A DNA stretch of 62,783 nucleotides, filler included, from Candidatus Woesearchaeota archaeon (GCA_046538795.1; 5 parts of 5 records of this genome joined end to end with filler, not necessarily neighbours in it), one strand, 5' to 3'. Shown: positions 37,247-48,919, counted from the first letter of the whole stretch. Notes: a model not told the origin generated them from the letters alone. Program-made: numbers and translations.

Positions 37247-38779
37247 TCATCTGATCTCCTCCAAAGTACACAATACCTGATATATCTTTATATCATCTTT
37301 TGAATATATTTCCATGAAACAAGACTCATCACCCACATAAGCAAGTTCTTCTGAATCCAGGGTCTCAGTTATTTCAGGAGTAAATATTATGTAATCTATG
37401 CTGTATTTATTAAGCATTTCAAGGGCTTCTGTTTCATAAATAGTATCATACATAGTCACATAATCTTCATATTTTTGGTTTATGTCCGAAATAAGAAGGA
37501 AATCCCTGTCTATAAATGTTGTCCTATTAGAATAATACTGCACAATATGCGATATCTCCAAAGGACTTAGTATGACACTTTCTGGATCTGAATAATCTTT
37601 TAACAGCAGTAATCCATCTATAAGTTCATCAGATGGCCTGTTTTCAAGAGACTCAACAGAACCATCTATTGCAGGTATGAACATGGTAAGAGCAACAATC
37701 ACGATCATAACGCTTATGAAAATACCTTTAAGGTATGCAAATTTAGACTTGCTTATATAAACCATAAAATCATGGAAATATCTTCCGGAAATCACTACAA
37801 ACGCAGCTGAAAGAAAGATAAGCCCTATCCTTAACCGAATCACATTAAACCAAAGCATGAAAAATACAGGCAGAGTATAGCTTAAAAAAAAGAACATGTA
37901 CCTGCTCTTTTTTTCCTGCATATACTGAAAAAGTGTATGGACTGCAAAAAATACAGGGATTATTCCCATCATATAGATGGCAGAAAAAATATCTGTCTCT
38001 GGAAAATGCAAGGACATAATCTGTTCAGGCACGTTCTGACTTATAACATTAAGTCCATGAATCAGAAAAGCATTCTTATATACAAGAAATTGACTCCAGA
38101 GTATTATGAACAATGAAACTATGATCACTTCTATTTCAACGCTTTTTGTCTCTATGCTTTCGCTTTTCATGATTATGAAATATACCAAAAGTCCAAATAG
38201 CAGTATGAATACAGACGGATGTGTAAAACTAAAAAGAGATACTGCAATCACAAAGTGATATACATATTTCTCGTTTGATGGTATCATAAGGAAGCAATAA
38301 AAAGAAAAGAGCAAAAGAGGTATTATAACTGAAAAAACAGATATGGAATTAACTGTATCTATAAAAAAGACCGGAAGAAAACCTGAAAGAAAGGCTGCAA
38401 AAAGGGAAGCGGTCCTATCGCGGGTAAGCTTATAGGAAAGTGCATAGACTACAAAAACTATCAGCGATGCAGATATATTAGGTATTATTTTTGCAGCCCA
38501 TATAACAGGCATAAGGTAGCTGAAAAGTGCAATAAGATAATAGAACACAGGATAGATTGAAGTTGACTGCGTAAAAAAACTCTTGTCATCCTCGAAAAAA
38601 GGAACCCCTTTTGCTTTGATGTGTTCAACCTGCCTAAGTGCGTAATAAGAAAAGTCATCGCTGAATTCAGAAGTCTGGAATGCAAAAAGAAGCCTCAACT
38701 GAAGCACTATAAAAAAGATTATGAAAATCAGATATTTTTTCCTGAATGTTTCAAGAAACTTCCTAAGCTTATTATTCAT
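37247..38779 (-). CDS. Polytopic membrane protein, GT-C/STT3-like (similar to 35532-36953)
   Basis: DDFSYYALRQVEHI loop, YPVFYYL, many TMs, MLNKYSIDYII domain. Confidence 0.7.
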   Translation of the reverse strand: MNNKLRKFLETFRKKYLIFIIFFIVLQLRLLFAFQTSEFSDDFSYYALRQVEHIKAKGVPFFEDDKSFFTQSTSIYPVFYYLIALFSYLMPVIWAAKIIPNISASLIVFVVYALSYKLTRDRTASLFAAFLSGFLPVFFIDTVNSISVFSVIIPLLLFSFYCFLMIPSNEKYVYHFVIAVSLFSFTHPSVFILLFGLLVYFIIMKSESIETKSVEIEVIIVSLFIILWSQFLVYKNAFLIHGLNVISQNVPEQIMSLHFPETDIFSAIYMMGIIPVFFAVHTLFQYMQEKKSRYMFFFLSYTLPVFFMLWFNVIRLRIGLIFLSAAFVVISGRYFHDFMVYISKSKFAYLKGIFISVMIVIVALTMFIPAIDGSVESLENRPSDELIDGLLLLKDYSDPESVILSPLEISHIVQYYSNRTTFIDRDFLLISDINQKYEDYVTMYDTIYETEALEMLNKYSIDYIIFTPEITETLDSEELAYVGDESCFMEIYSKDDIKIYQVLCTLEEIR

Positions 38780-38890
38780 AAAATATATTAGTATCCATCT
38801 ATTTAAATATTTAATGCAGAAGCAAAGGTACGGAAAATATCCGTCGAATCATACGAAAGCTATTTAACTTCAGGAAAATTACCACAGACC

Positions 38891-39658
38891 ATGGATTTGC
38901 CAGAGATAAAAAAACCAGAAAAGAATGATTATCAGGATGAGATTATAAGATCAGAAGAACCTGTAAAATCAAAGAAAAATACCGAAGAACACTTCATACC
39001 CACCGGAAATAAAGTGCTTGATAGTTTGATAAAGGGTTTTGAAAAAGACATAATAACAACAATATACGGTCCCGCAGGATCAGGAAAAACTAATTTCTGC
39101 ATACTTTCAAGCATAGATATTGCAAAAAAAGGAAAGAAAGTCATCTATGTCGATACTGACGGAAGTTTTTCTGTTGAAAGACTCAAGCAGATAACTTCAG
39201 ATTATGAAGACGTATTAGGGAACATGATCTTTTTCCGCCCTATGAGTTTTAGCGAGCAAAAGAAAACTTTTGAAAATATTGATAAAATAATAAATGAAAA
39301 AGTTGGAATCATAATAGTTGATTCCATCGCCATGCTTTACAGGCTTGAACTTGGGAATGAGAAAGACGTTTATGATGTAAACAGAGAACTTGGAAATCAG
39401 CTTACAATACTTACAAAAATTGCCAGGATGAAAAACATACCTGTTCTCATAACAAATCAGGTTTATTCTGCAGTGGATGAAAAAGACAGGCTTAAGATGG
39501 TCGGGGGAAATTTTCTAAAATACGCAAGCAAGTGCTTGATCGAGATCAGAGAGATAAAAGACTCCAAAAAGGTCATCTTAAGAAAACACAGATCTCTTCC
39601 AAAAGACAAGGAACTTAGCTTTGAAATCATAGAAGAAGGAGTAAAAGAAACCTCCTGA
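38891..39658 (+). CDS. radB: DNA repair and recombination protein RadB
   Basis: GPAGSGKT, YVDTD, VDS, ITNQVY, KHR motif; lacks the RadA N-domain. Confidence 0.93.
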   Translation: MDLPEIKKPEKNDYQDEIIRSEEPVKSKKNTEEHFIPTGNKVLDSLIKGFEKDIITTIYGPAGSGKTNFCILSSIDIAKKGKKVIYVDTDGSFSVERLKQITSDYEDVLGNMIFFRPMSFSEQKKTFENIDKIINEKVGIIIVDSIAMLYRLELGNEKDVYDVNRELGNQLTILTKIARMKNIPVLITNQVYSAVDEKDRLKMVGGNFLKYASKCLIEIREIKDSKKVILRKHRSLPKDKELSFEIIEEGVKETS

Positions 39659-39734
39659 AAATGAATTATAATAAGGTATTATTTTTTTATTCAAAAGATA
39701 CTTTTAAATATCTATATGCCTGTTATTTTCATGT

Positions 39735-40346
39735 ATGTATGAAGATATATACTCAAACTTTCAGGAAAATTTTATAGAAAGAGCCAAGCAGATACACAAG
39801 GATTTCGTATTTGTACACAAAGAATTTTCTCTTGCGTTCAAAAGCATAAGAAGATCTGAATTTTCAGATGAGATTCTTAGAAAAGTATATGATTCATCAG
39901 AAAAGTGGAACCATCTTACAGTAGAATTAGAACGTCTCAAGACATATGCACCATCTGTTAAGATTAAGCTTGAAGGACTTTTTACAGACATGCCAAAAGA
40001 AATCTTAGTTTCTGAAAAGATCAAAAATCTTGGTCTTCTTCAAAAAAAAGATGAAATCAAGCAACTTATAGAACAAATGGATCAAAAGCTTGTAAATGTC
40101 ATATCGCTTTCAAAAAAGATAAATGATTTTTTCTATGCAACAAGCACAGAATATTCTAAAGCTAATTTTCATGTAGATTCTGTAAAAAACATACCTAAAG
40201 AAATTGAGAATTATGTAAAACCTTTTGACGAACTGAATCAGGAATATGTAAACAAGATCATAATGTTATTCACTGAATTCAGATATAATCTTAACAAAAT
40301 TGCAGGAGATATAGAGAAAATCTTCAAAAATCAGGCGCAGGCATAA
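39735..40346 (+). CDS. Hypothetical helical protein
   Basis: 203-aa ORF with upstream TATA. Confidence 0.65.
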   Translation: MYEDIYSNFQENFIERAKQIHKDFVFVHKEFSLAFKSIRRSEFSDEILRKVYDSSEKWNHLTVELERLKTYAPSVKIKLEGLFTDMPKEILVSEKIKNLGLLQKKDEIKQLIEQMDQKLVNVISLSKKINDFFYATSTEYSKANFHVDSVKNIPKEIENYVKPFDELNQEYVNKIIMLFTEFRYNLNKIAGDIEKIFKNQAQA

Positions 40347-40482
40347 GTTAAAGCATACTTTCCACAACTTCAAAAATAAGGTGTAGAGCGTAAAATCAAG
40401 GCAATATCAGCATAAGCAAGTAAATCCAGCCATATCATATCAATCAAAATATTTAAAAAGAAACCCCTTTTCTTTGAAGTTC

Positions 40483-42243
40483 ATGATAACAAGAAGCCCT
40501 ATATGCACAGTTGTAGGTCATGTCGATCACGGAAAGTCATCAATTCTTGATCAGGTCAGGGGAAGCAATATTGTCTCAAAAGAAGCAGGCGCAATCACTC
40601 AGGCAATAGGTGCAAGCATTGTCCCTATCGAGACCATAAAGAAGATCTGTGGGAGCCTTCTTGATAAGATCAAGATAGATTTTACTATTCCCGGACTTCT
40701 TTTTATAGATACTCCAGGTCACGAAGCTTTTACCAATCTCAGGAAAAGAGGAGGCAACCTTGCTGATATAGCAGTCCTCGTCATAGACATAAATGAAGGC
40801 ATGAAGCCTCAGACCATCGAAGCTCTTGAAATACTCAAGAATTACAAGACTCCTTTCATAATAGCGCTTAACAAGATTGATCTTATCGCAGGATGGAAAT
40901 CAGATAATAAAAAAAACCTTCTTGAAAACCTAAATTCTCAAAATGATGAGACAAAAAGAAAATTCGAGACACGGTTCTATGAGATTATTGGAGAACTTTC
41001 TGAAAGGGGTATGAATTCAGAGCGGTTTGACAGGATTGATGACTATACTAAAAATATCGCGATAGTACCTTGTTCTGCAAAGACAAATGAAGGGATTCCA
41101 GAGATACTCATGGTCATCGCAGGACTTGCCCAACGTTTTCTCAACCAATGCCTAAGCTGTGATGTTGACATGAACGGAAAAGGAACAGTGCTTGAAGTAA
41201 AAGAAGAAAAAGGTCTTGGAACCACAATTGATGTGATACTATATGACGGACATCTTAAGGTAAATGACACTATTGTTATCGGCACACTAAATGAACCCAT
41301 AGTCACAAAGATAAGGGCGCTTCTTGAACCACTGCCTCTATCTGAACTAAGAGATAAGAAAAGCAAGTTTCACTCTGAAAAAGGTGTTTATGCTGCAACT
41401 GGAATAAAGATTGCTGCACCTAATCTTGAAGGAGTTGTATCAGGAATGCCGATCAGATCATGTGAAACATCAGATATAGATTCTGTCAAAGAAGCTATTA
41501 AAGAAGAGGTTGAAGAAGTGATTATTGAAACTGACAAGGATGGAGTGATTGTTAAGGCAGATGCACTTGGAAGCCTTGAAGCCCTCACAAAACTTCTCAG
41601 AGATGAAGGAGTTCCTATCCGAAAAGCAACAATAGGCGAAATATCTAAGGCTGACATCTCTGAAGCAGAATCAAACTATGAAGAAGACCCTCTTCACGCA
41701 TGCGTTCTTGGCTTCAATATAAAAGAACCAAATTTTCCTGCTCCTGAAAACATAAAAATAATAACAAGCCCTGTTATATACAGTATAATCGAATCCTACA
41801 AAGAATGGAGAGATGAACAGCAGAAAAAAGAAGAGGAAAAAGGCCTTGAACAGCTTACAAGACCATGCAAGTTTACAGTCATGCCCCAATATATATTCAG
41901 GCAGTCAAACCCAGCAATATTCGGAGCAGATATAACATCAGGAGTTATGACTACAGGAATGCCTGTCATGAAAAAGGGAATACATGTGGGAAAAATAAAA
42001 AGTATTGAAGAGAAGCAGGAAAATAAGTCACGAACAGAAGCTCCAGCAGAAGTTGCAGTCTCTATGGAGCATGTGACAATTGGACGCCAGATAGAACCTG
42101 GAGACGAACTTTATTCAGACATACCAGAAGACCAGTTCAGAAAATTAAAAGAATTCAAGAAATTACTCAAGCCAGCAGAAATCGAGGTCCTAAAAGAGAT
42201 TGCAAGGATAAAAAGAGAAGAAAACCCTGTGTGGGGCATCTGA
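40483..42243 (+). CDS. infB: Translation initiation factor aIF5B (IF-2)
   Basis: GHVDHGKS, ITQAIGA, DTPGHEAF, NKID. Confidence 0.97.
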   Translation: MITRSPICTVVGHVDHGKSSILDQVRGSNIVSKEAGAITQAIGASIVPIETIKKICGSLLDKIKIDFTIPGLLFIDTPGHEAFTNLRKRGGNLADIAVLVIDINEGMKPQTIEALEILKNYKTPFIIALNKIDLIAGWKSDNKKNLLENLNSQNDETKRKFETRFYEIIGELSERGMNSERFDRIDDYTKNIAIVPCSAKTNEGIPEILMVIAGLAQRFLNQCLSCDVDMNGKGTVLEVKEEKGLGTTIDVILYDGHLKVNDTIVIGTLNEPIVTKIRALLEPLPLSELRDKKSKFHSEKGVYAATGIKIAAPNLEGVVSGMPIRSCETSDIDSVKEAIKEEVEEVIIETDKDGVIVKADALGSLEALTKLLRDEGVPIRKATIGEISKADISEAESNYEEDPLHACVLGFNIKEPNFPAPENIKIITSPVIYSIIESYKEWRDEQQKKEEEKGLEQLTRPCKFTVMPQYIFRQSNPAIFGADITSGVMTTGMPVMKKGIHVGKIKSIEEKQENKSRTEAPAEVAVSMEHVTIGRQIEPGDELYSDIPEDQFRKLKEFKKLLKPAEIEVLKEIARIKREENPVWGI

Positions 42244-42244
42244 A

Positions 42245-42697
42245 ATGGCAATCAGAATACTTAAAAGCAAAGAAGCCAAAAAGATTATTTCTGATATTAA
42301 TTCTCATTGGGATTCCAGTCTTGATATTTCTCCTGATGAATATGTATTCACCATGAATGAGAAAGAAAGAATACAAATAACAAAAAAAGAAGTGTATTCT
42401 CTTGACATAAACAATTATTCTACAGGAATATATTTCGGAAGCATAATGGCAGGAGGATTCAGGCTTAGCATAGAAGGATCCCAGCTTGCAGGGGCAACTG
42501 CCAAAAAAAATATTTTAGATCTTGATTTTGAATCTGCAAAAAGATGGATGAAAGGAGAAGATATAGACGTTTCTGAAAATAGGTCCAATGAGTTTGTTAT
42601 AATAAGGCACGATGATGATTTTCTCGGATCAGGAAAACTTAAAGATGGCTATATTCTTAATTATGTGCCTAAACCTAGAAGAGTTAATTTTTTCTAG
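42245..42697 (+). CDS. NIP7/RsmF C-terminal-like PUA-domain protein
   Basis: GIYFG, FRLSIEGSQL, WMKGEDI, NYVPKPRR. Confidence 0.8.
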   Translation: MAIRILKSKEAKKIISDINSHWDSSLDISPDEYVFTMNEKERIQITKKEVYSLDINNYSTGIYFGSIMAGGFRLSIEGSQLAGATAKKNILDLDFESAKRWMKGEDIDVSENRSNEFVIIRHDDDFLGSGKLKDGYILNYVPKPRRVNFF

Positions 42698-45227
42698 TTG
42701 TTTTTCTTATTTTCGTGATAAATCTGAAATACTCGGGTCACAGATGCAGTATCAAAACCTGACTTGAAAAGAGAGAGCTTGATTTCATCTTCTGAGATTC
42801 CTGTCTTTTCAAGATTCACTATATAATTCATAATTTTCTGCTCATTTTCTGAAAGCTCAATCTGTTCAGGGGATTTTTTATTTTCCTGATTTTTTATTTC
42901 TGGATTGATTTCATCTGTTTTTTTATTATCATCTGAATCCGATGCGTTCCCCTTTTTTATTTTAGAAGAAGGATTATTCAGATTTTTCTTAGGATCGGTT
43001 TCTTTTATATTTAATGTACTTGTACTTTGTTCTTTCTGAGACACAGTGTTTTCATTTCCTGAAACTGCATTTTTTTGAGGTGGCTTGTCATCTTCATATT
43101 TTGAAGGATTTTTGTAGAGCTCAATCACTCTGTCAACAATATCTATCTTCCAGCCAGCTGAAAGAAGCTTATCTTTTATATCTTCAAGCTTAAGTCCTAA
43201 TTTTGTTGTCTTTTGTATATATTCAAGAACACGTTTCTCATCAAGAGATAGTTCTGATTTAGTATCTTCTTTGGTTTCTTCATAGTTATTCTCATCTACC
43301 TTTTTCTTGTATTCCATCACAAATGCTGTTATAAGAGCAAGCACAAAAATAATCAGGGCAACTATTGCAATCTTTTTGAAATCAAGTTTCCAAAAAAGAT
43401 TTTCTCCTACTGTGAAAAGGTCATAGCCTGATGCAGTCACATTATTATACCTTATCTGAACATAATAAGCATATTGTCCATCAGGAAGATCTTTTGGAAC
43501 ATCAAGCTCAAGCACTGTCTCAAGCTTCTTGGTTATAGCTATGCTTTCTTCTCTTGATATGTATGTCTCTCCATCAAGATCTCTTATCGCATGATTTACA
43601 TATATGTCAAAATTCTCAAGCTCTCCCATATTGATTACATTTATAACTGCGCCTATAGAATCTCCTGCATCCACAGAATCATGCAGACAATCAACTTCTA
43701 GATCAAACAATGGATTCTTTTCTTTCAAATCAAGTATGACGTTAACCCCTTTTGAAGATTTTCCTGATCTTATGAGGACCTGTCCCATAAATACATCTGA
43801 AACCAATTCAGAATCAAAATAAAAGTCAAGATTAAGTATCTTTTCCTCACCAGGATTCAGAGTGAATTCTTTTTCGCTGAGAGAAACAAATTTTTCAAGA
43901 TCCTTTAGTTCAAGCGAATAATTCACAGGCGAATCATCATTGTTCTTTATTGTTATGGTTTCCCTTGTAAGAGAACCGGTAAATGCTTCCATCTGGATTA
44001 CATCTTTATCAAGATCAAATGAAGGAGGAACTTTTGAAACCACTACAAAATTACCTGTTCCTGAAACATATGCCCTATAATAATGATATCCTGAATCTGA
44101 ATTAAGATATTCTGTTCTTACTTCTCTTGGAAGATTGCCTCCTTTCAAGAGGGAAATCTCTTCTTTATCCTTGCCTGAAAGCCAGCTCTTTTCAACCCTG
44201 AAAGATATTGTGCCTTCATCTATTTCTATATTTGAAGGCTCTATGGAGATATATCTGTATGAATCATTAACACGTATTGTTTCTGAAGGGGCTGTATCAG
44301 AAAGCCTGATTGTAAGCTTAGGATATTCATAATCCTGATCTGTATTGAATTCAAGCCTTGATATATCAAAATCATCAATGTTCCAGATCACGGTATTTTG
44401 AGATGAGATTGAATACCATGATTTGCTTCTTACATTTGGATCCTGGGTTGTAGAAGATGGAGATCCTCCTCCAGGCGAGCCTCCTCCGGGAGAACTTCCA
44501 CCAGGAGAGCTTCCTCCGTCATCAGTATCAACTGTGCATGATTGTGATAATTGCGGTCTTGTTAATGTTGTTCCGCAGCTGTTTGAATCTGTGCATGTCC
44601 TGGTCTGGGTTCCGTCTGAGCAGGAACTCCATTCTCCGCAGGTCCATGATTCTTTACATGTTATTGTTATTGATCTATTGATATATATCGGTTCATAACC
44701 TAAAGAGGTTGCATTACAGCTCACATTCCATCCATAAGATATGTGCGAGGAAAATGATCTTGTATATGTATAGAGGCCAGTAGTTGACGAATAATTCATG
44801 CGCGTTGCATTTTCCCTGTCTGAAAATGATATGTTGCAGAAGATATCGCTTCTGTTCAAGGGTGTTCCAGAAATATTGCTATAATTTGCAGTAAATACTA
44901 CATCATCATCAGGATATACAGTATTTTCTCCTCCTTTTATATCAGTTGGATCCCAGATGGTTAATAATGCATTAGCCCCTGCGGCGTATGTGGAGAAGCC
45001 TGAAACAGTCATGTTTAAGGTATTGTTCTCATAATTCGTGGTGTTGCATTCAGGAGTAATGCAGAGAGATCCATCCTTATACACCACAGGGTCATGCAAA
45101 AACGTGAGATTGTATATGCTTATGTTTGCTGAAGAATTAATTGAATTGTGAAGATTTGCTGAATTGATCTCAACATGGTTATTGCTTAGGTTTATCTGAC
45201 TGTCAAGATCTGCACCTGAAAAATTAA
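42694..45227 (-). CDS. Large cell-surface protein (5' partial): TSP1-like repeat, PGF-pre-PGF-like and Ig-like domains, TM, cytoplasmic tail
   Basis: Frame open to the contig edge; many sequons, CKESWTCGEWSSC repeat, (GGSSP)3 linker, ISFRVEKSWL, TM, two LxxxG[WF] motifs. Confidence 0.8.
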
Positions 45228-45327
45228 NNNNNNNNNNNNNNNNNNNNNNNNNNNNNNNNNNNNNNNNNNNNTTAATTAATTAANNNNNNNNNNNNNNNNN
45301 NNNNNNNNNNNNNNNNNNNNNNNNNNN
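45228..45327. other. Artificial contig linker
   Basis: N44-TTAATTAATTAA-N44. Confidence 0.98.
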
Positions 45328-45452
45328 AAATATAATATAGGAAATATGAATTTTTGTATTTCCAGATTCTTACGCTTAATTATAAGAAATATTGTTAATA
45401 TAACTATGAATACTATCGCACTTATTATCTGAAAATCAAGTTGAATTGCCAT
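45328..45452 (-). CDS. N-terminus of membrane protein, possibly site-2 (M50) protease (partial)
   Basis: MAIQLDFQIISAIVFIVILTIFLIIKRKNLEIQKFIFPILY; family guess from the N-terminus only. Confidence 0.4.
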
Positions 45453-45480
45453 AATAATAAAAAAACCAAGAAACTACTAT

Positions 45481-45642
45481 TTATTTCTTTCTTTTTACAC
45501 GAAGAGCAGATGAACCGCACCCTTTACATTTCACCTTGCCTGCAAGCACTTTCATGTTGGTAGTCTTGTTTACAGTCTTACATACCCTGCATACAAATTT
45601 ATTCTTGAAAAGCCTTGCATCAGCTTCTGCGAATTTTGCCAT
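45481..45642 (-). CDS. rpl40e: 50S ribosomal protein L40e (not in ORF track)
   Basis: MAKFAEADARLFKNKFVCRVCK...KCKGCGSSALRVKRKK zinc ribbon. Confidence 0.9.
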   Translation of the reverse strand: MAKFAEADARLFKNKFVCRVCKTVNKTTNMKVLAGKVKCKGCGSSALRVKRKK

Positions 45643-45758
45643 TTTAAATCACCATTGATCTTGTTTATTGCATATGTTTTTCTTAAATAAGGTTTAAAAC
45701 AGCAAAAGCTTACGATCAAAGATCGTTTATGTTTTGCCATTTTTGTATCTCTGAATTA

Positions 45759-46157
45759 TTATTTAGTATTTACGATCTGTTTCATCATCTTGTCGCTAAG
45801 TATCTGCCAGTAGAGTACTACCGAGCCATCGCTCACATCTCCCTGAAGTTCTTCAGGTATCTCAAGATCAAATGTCTCGTATGTCTCAACATCCATGACA
45901 TTAGCCATATTGCCTGATACAGAAAGTACCTGAGCATTCCTCTTATCTATGACAGGAACTTCAACATTATCATGCCCGGGAGCAACAAAATTTCTTTTCT
46001 TGCCGTCAAGGATGCCTACAGCCATAAGATTTACTTTGGCGTGACCGTGCTTACCAGGCCTTGATGTTGCAGTGTCAACAACCTTACATGCGACACCATC
46101 AATAACAATGTACGAACCTTTTTTCAATGAACCAATTGGAGCTTGTTTTGTTGTCAT
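45759..46157 (-). CDS. eif5a: Translation factor aIF5A
   Basis: SRPGKHGHAK hypusine loop, VMDVETYETF. Confidence 0.96.
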   Translation of the reverse strand: MTTKQAPIGSLKKGSYIVIDGVACKVVDTATSRPGKHGHAKVNLMAVGILDGKKRNFVAPGHDNVEVPVIDKRNAQVLSVSGNMANVMDVETYETFDLEIPEELQGDVSDGSVVLYWQILSDKMMKQIVNTK

Positions 46158-46288
46158 ATTAAAACACCATATTTTTGTGATAATCTGTTTTGATATATAT
46201 GTTAAAACATATCTTAAAAACAGTATATGAAAAGAGATTATAAACACTATTTAAAGATTTTGATTTTAAAAACCAAATTTGAGCCAGG

Positions 46289-47011
46289 TTACCAATCTGG
46301 CTTAAGGAAGCCAAATAACTTGTTTTTCAATTGTTTTCGGCCAGATGAAGCCACTTTTAATGAAACTGAACTCTTTTTTACAAATTCATTCAGCTCCTTT
46401 TCTATTGTTTCAGAACCAGGATATTTCTTTTCCATATTCCTGAATTCTTTTGTATGATGATAGTTTCTCCCATTGGAATTTCTAAACTTGAATTTCTTAT
46501 GCAGCATCTCATGAAACATCACATAGTCAAGAAGACGCAATGGAGCATTCTTGAATATAGCAGACATGGTTATTGTATCTGACCCATACTGGTAACTCCC
46601 AAGTTTCCGGAAAGAATTTGTTCCCCACAAAAGATTTGGTGGATCCATCATGCCGTAGAAAAATCTTTCATTCATTCTTTCAAAAGATTCTATCAGATAT
46701 GGATCTGATTCTTTTCTCGGAGCAGCGATATGCACATTCTTAAGAAATGCGTTATAGAGATCGATATTAATAGTATTTGAACGCTTGTCATTGAATATCT
46801 TTATCATAAGCTCCTGAAGAAGCCCGATCTTTATATCCTCTGAAACTGTTCTCCATGACCTGCTTAAAGAAAATATAATATCTCTTGAAAACCTAGACAT
46901 CTTGACATTAGCATTGAAATCATTAAACTTGCCCGAGTACTTGAGTTTTGCATCATAATCAAATTCTTTTTCAGGATAAAGGCCATAGAAAGCTTTTTCA
47001 ATGATATTCAT
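46289..47011 (-). CDS. SprT/YgjP-like zinc metallopeptidase
   Basis: LGSY, YVMFHEMLH, HTKEF. Confidence 0.8.
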   Translation of the reverse strand: MNIIEKAFYGLYPEKEFDYDAKLKYSGKFNDFNANVKMSRFSRDIIFSLSRSWRTVSEDIKIGLLQELMIKIFNDKRSNTINIDLYNAFLKNVHIAAPRKESDPYLIESFERMNERFFYGMMDPPNLLWGTNSFRKLGSYQYGSDTITMSAIFKNAPLRLLDYVMFHEMLHKKFKFRNSNGRNYHHTKEFRNMEKKYPGSETIEKELNEFVKKSSVSLKVASSGRKQLKNKLFGFLKPDW

Positions 47012-47069
47012 AAGAAGAAAAGTTTAGATATCAGATATAAAAAAGTTGTGTATAAACTCATTTTGAACG

Positions 47070-47534
47070 CTACATCCTGCGCAGATAATTTCTGACAACA
47101 TATTCAAGGTTAAATATGAAAGGCATTGTCTCAAGGTCTTTTTTTGTTGCCATCACACCCTCTCCTTCCTCAACTTTTTGTTCGAGTATTTCATAAACAT
47201 CATCTTTGGGAAGCATGCATTCGTATAAAGAAAATGAATATTCATCATCGCCATTTTTCACATCAAAATCAGCAACCAAAGAAGACCCTTCAAAAACCCG
47301 ACCTGACCAGCCATCGCTGAATTCCTCATAGAGCTCTCGTTCCAATGCCTGATAAGAATCCTCTCCATCTTCTATATTGCCACCCCAAAAAGCATGCGCT
47401 CCCCTGTATTTTTCGATAGGATAATGCTCGCATTTTTTCTGAAGATAGAAAATGTCCCTCTCGTAATCAGTTATTATGACGCCTACTCCTCTAAATCTCT
47501 TCCGGCTGCTTTTTGCATCTATTATATTGTCCAT
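47070..47534 (-). CDS. NUDIX hydrolase
   Basis: GGNIEDGEDSYQALERELYEE Nudix box. Confidence 0.9.
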   Translation of the reverse strand: MDNIIDAKSSRKRFRGVGVIITDYERDIFYLQKKCEHYPIEKYRGAHAFWGGNIEDGEDSYQALERELYEEFSDGWSGRVFEGSSLVADFDVKNGDDEYSFSLYECMLPKDDVYEILEQKVEEGEGVMATKKDLETMPFIFNLEYVVRNYLRRM

Positions 47535-47536
47535 GC

Positions 47537-48643
47537 CTACTGCACCGCATATCTAAGTATTGCTGCTATACCGCCCATGTCTTTAAGCTGGGATCCTTCT
47601 CTTGTATCTGTTGAGATTATTTTTATTTCTGTGCCAACTAAAGAAGCTTCTTTCTCGAACTCTTCTTCAGTATTATCATCGATAATCTCTGAAATAAGAA
47701 GTGTTTCTACTGCTCCTTGTTTGACATAATCCATTACAGAATCCTTGCCATAACCAACCTTATCAGGATCTGTCGCAAGAAGCTCAAAGAACTTTCCCAT
47801 GATCTTTTTTTCATCAGCGATCTCTTCTTGCGCCAACACGTCCTGACACCTGTCTACAAGTTCCTGAAGACCAAATTCGCCTGTATATGAAAGATCTTTA
47901 ACTGCAATTATTTTTTTCTTAACATCGGCTGTTATATAGCTTCCCTCTACAAAATCATATTTGGTCTGGCCAGGTCCGCCTACAAGAATCGCTTTAACAT
48001 CTTTATTTTCAAGAAACTGTTCTTTTACATAATCTGCGATTCTCTTGTAAAATTCAATCGCAGCACCTTCTCTAAGACGCTCAAATCTTTGCGCTGACTG
48101 ACCCCCTGCCCTTGTTTTTCCAGGAACAGTACTATGAGTATGGACTAAAGGTATCACTGCCTTTCCCTTGAGAAGACCGACATCACCATCACGCCGGTCC
48201 ATAACTATAAGGCCAAAAACTTCCTCTGTATCTGCCATCTCCTGCAAAGGATCAAGTACAAATTCTTTATCGCACCTGTATAATCGTATCTGTATAGGAA
48301 CAGGAGGTTCAATGCTCCAAACCTGGACGTCGCTTTGTCCTTCCCTCTCTGCAACATTTCCTGAAAATACAGCAAGTCCATTTGGAGGAGTCTGTTTGTA
48401 AAGCTTGAGATGCTGAAGCATCCTTTCAAGAGCATCAATAACATTCTTTCTTGTCTGGGTGCTTTTTATGTTTGAAGCAGTACCCTGCTCCTGAGCAATA
48501 AGCGTGGTTATCTTTGTTATATCATATCCTGAAGGCACATATACTGTTACAAGCTCTGTATGCCTGCCTCTATACTGCTCAAGGTTTTTCACGAATTTTT
48601 TCAGCTTATATTTTTGTTCTGCGGTAATCTTCATTTTTCCCAA
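47537..48643 (-). CDS. prf1: Peptide chain release factor aRF1
   Basis: TASNIKS, YRCD, GGQSAQRF. Confidence 0.97.
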   Translation of the reverse strand: MGKMKITAEQKYKLKKFVKNLEQYRGRHTELVTVYVPSGYDITKITTLIAQEQGTASNIKSTQTRKNVIDALERMLQHLKLYKQTPPNGLAVFSGNVAEREGQSDVQVWSIEPPVPIQIRLYRCDKEFVLDPLQEMADTEEVFGLIVMDRRDGDVGLLKGKAVIPLVHTHSTVPGKTRAGGQSAQRFERLREGAAIEFYKRIADYVKEQFLENKDVKAILVGGPGQTKYDFVEGSYITADVKKKIIAVKDLSYTGEFGLQELVDRCQDVLAQEEIADEKKIMGKFFELLATDPDKVGYGKDSVMDYVKQGAVETLLISEIIDDNTEEEFEKEASLVGTEIKIISTDTREGSQLKDMGGIAAILRYAVQ

Positions 48644-48799
48644 TTAGTTCTATGACCCTGTCTTATGATCCTGTCTTTTTTATTATAGATAAATTCATAT
48701 GTTGGTAATAAATCTTTTCAAAGATAAACATTGGATATGGCTCTGTGTAGGTTTCCTTATATCTAACAACCTTTAATCAAGAAACCATTTAAACCAACA

Positions 48800-48873
48800 T
48801 GGGGCTGCCCGGATTTGAACCGGGATCGTCTGGTCCCAAACCAGAAAGGATAGCCAAGTTACCCCACAGCCCC
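48800..48873 (-). tRNA. tRNA-Pro(TGG)
   Basis: GGGGCTG/CAGCCCC-A acceptor, TCTGG-TTTGGGA-CCAGA anticodon arm, CCCGG-TTCAAAT-CCGGG T-arm. Confidence 0.96.
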
Positions 48874-48919
48874 AACTGTGGAAACTTCTTAAACGAAATC
48901 CAGACTATTTATAAAGTTT

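Noticed and set aside
44462..44520. 15-bp tandem repeats
   Set aside because: They encode a (GGSSP)n protein linker with synonymous variation; not an array.
48651..48676. 13-bp tandem duplication upstream of aRF1
   Set aside because: Only two units and no other support for function.
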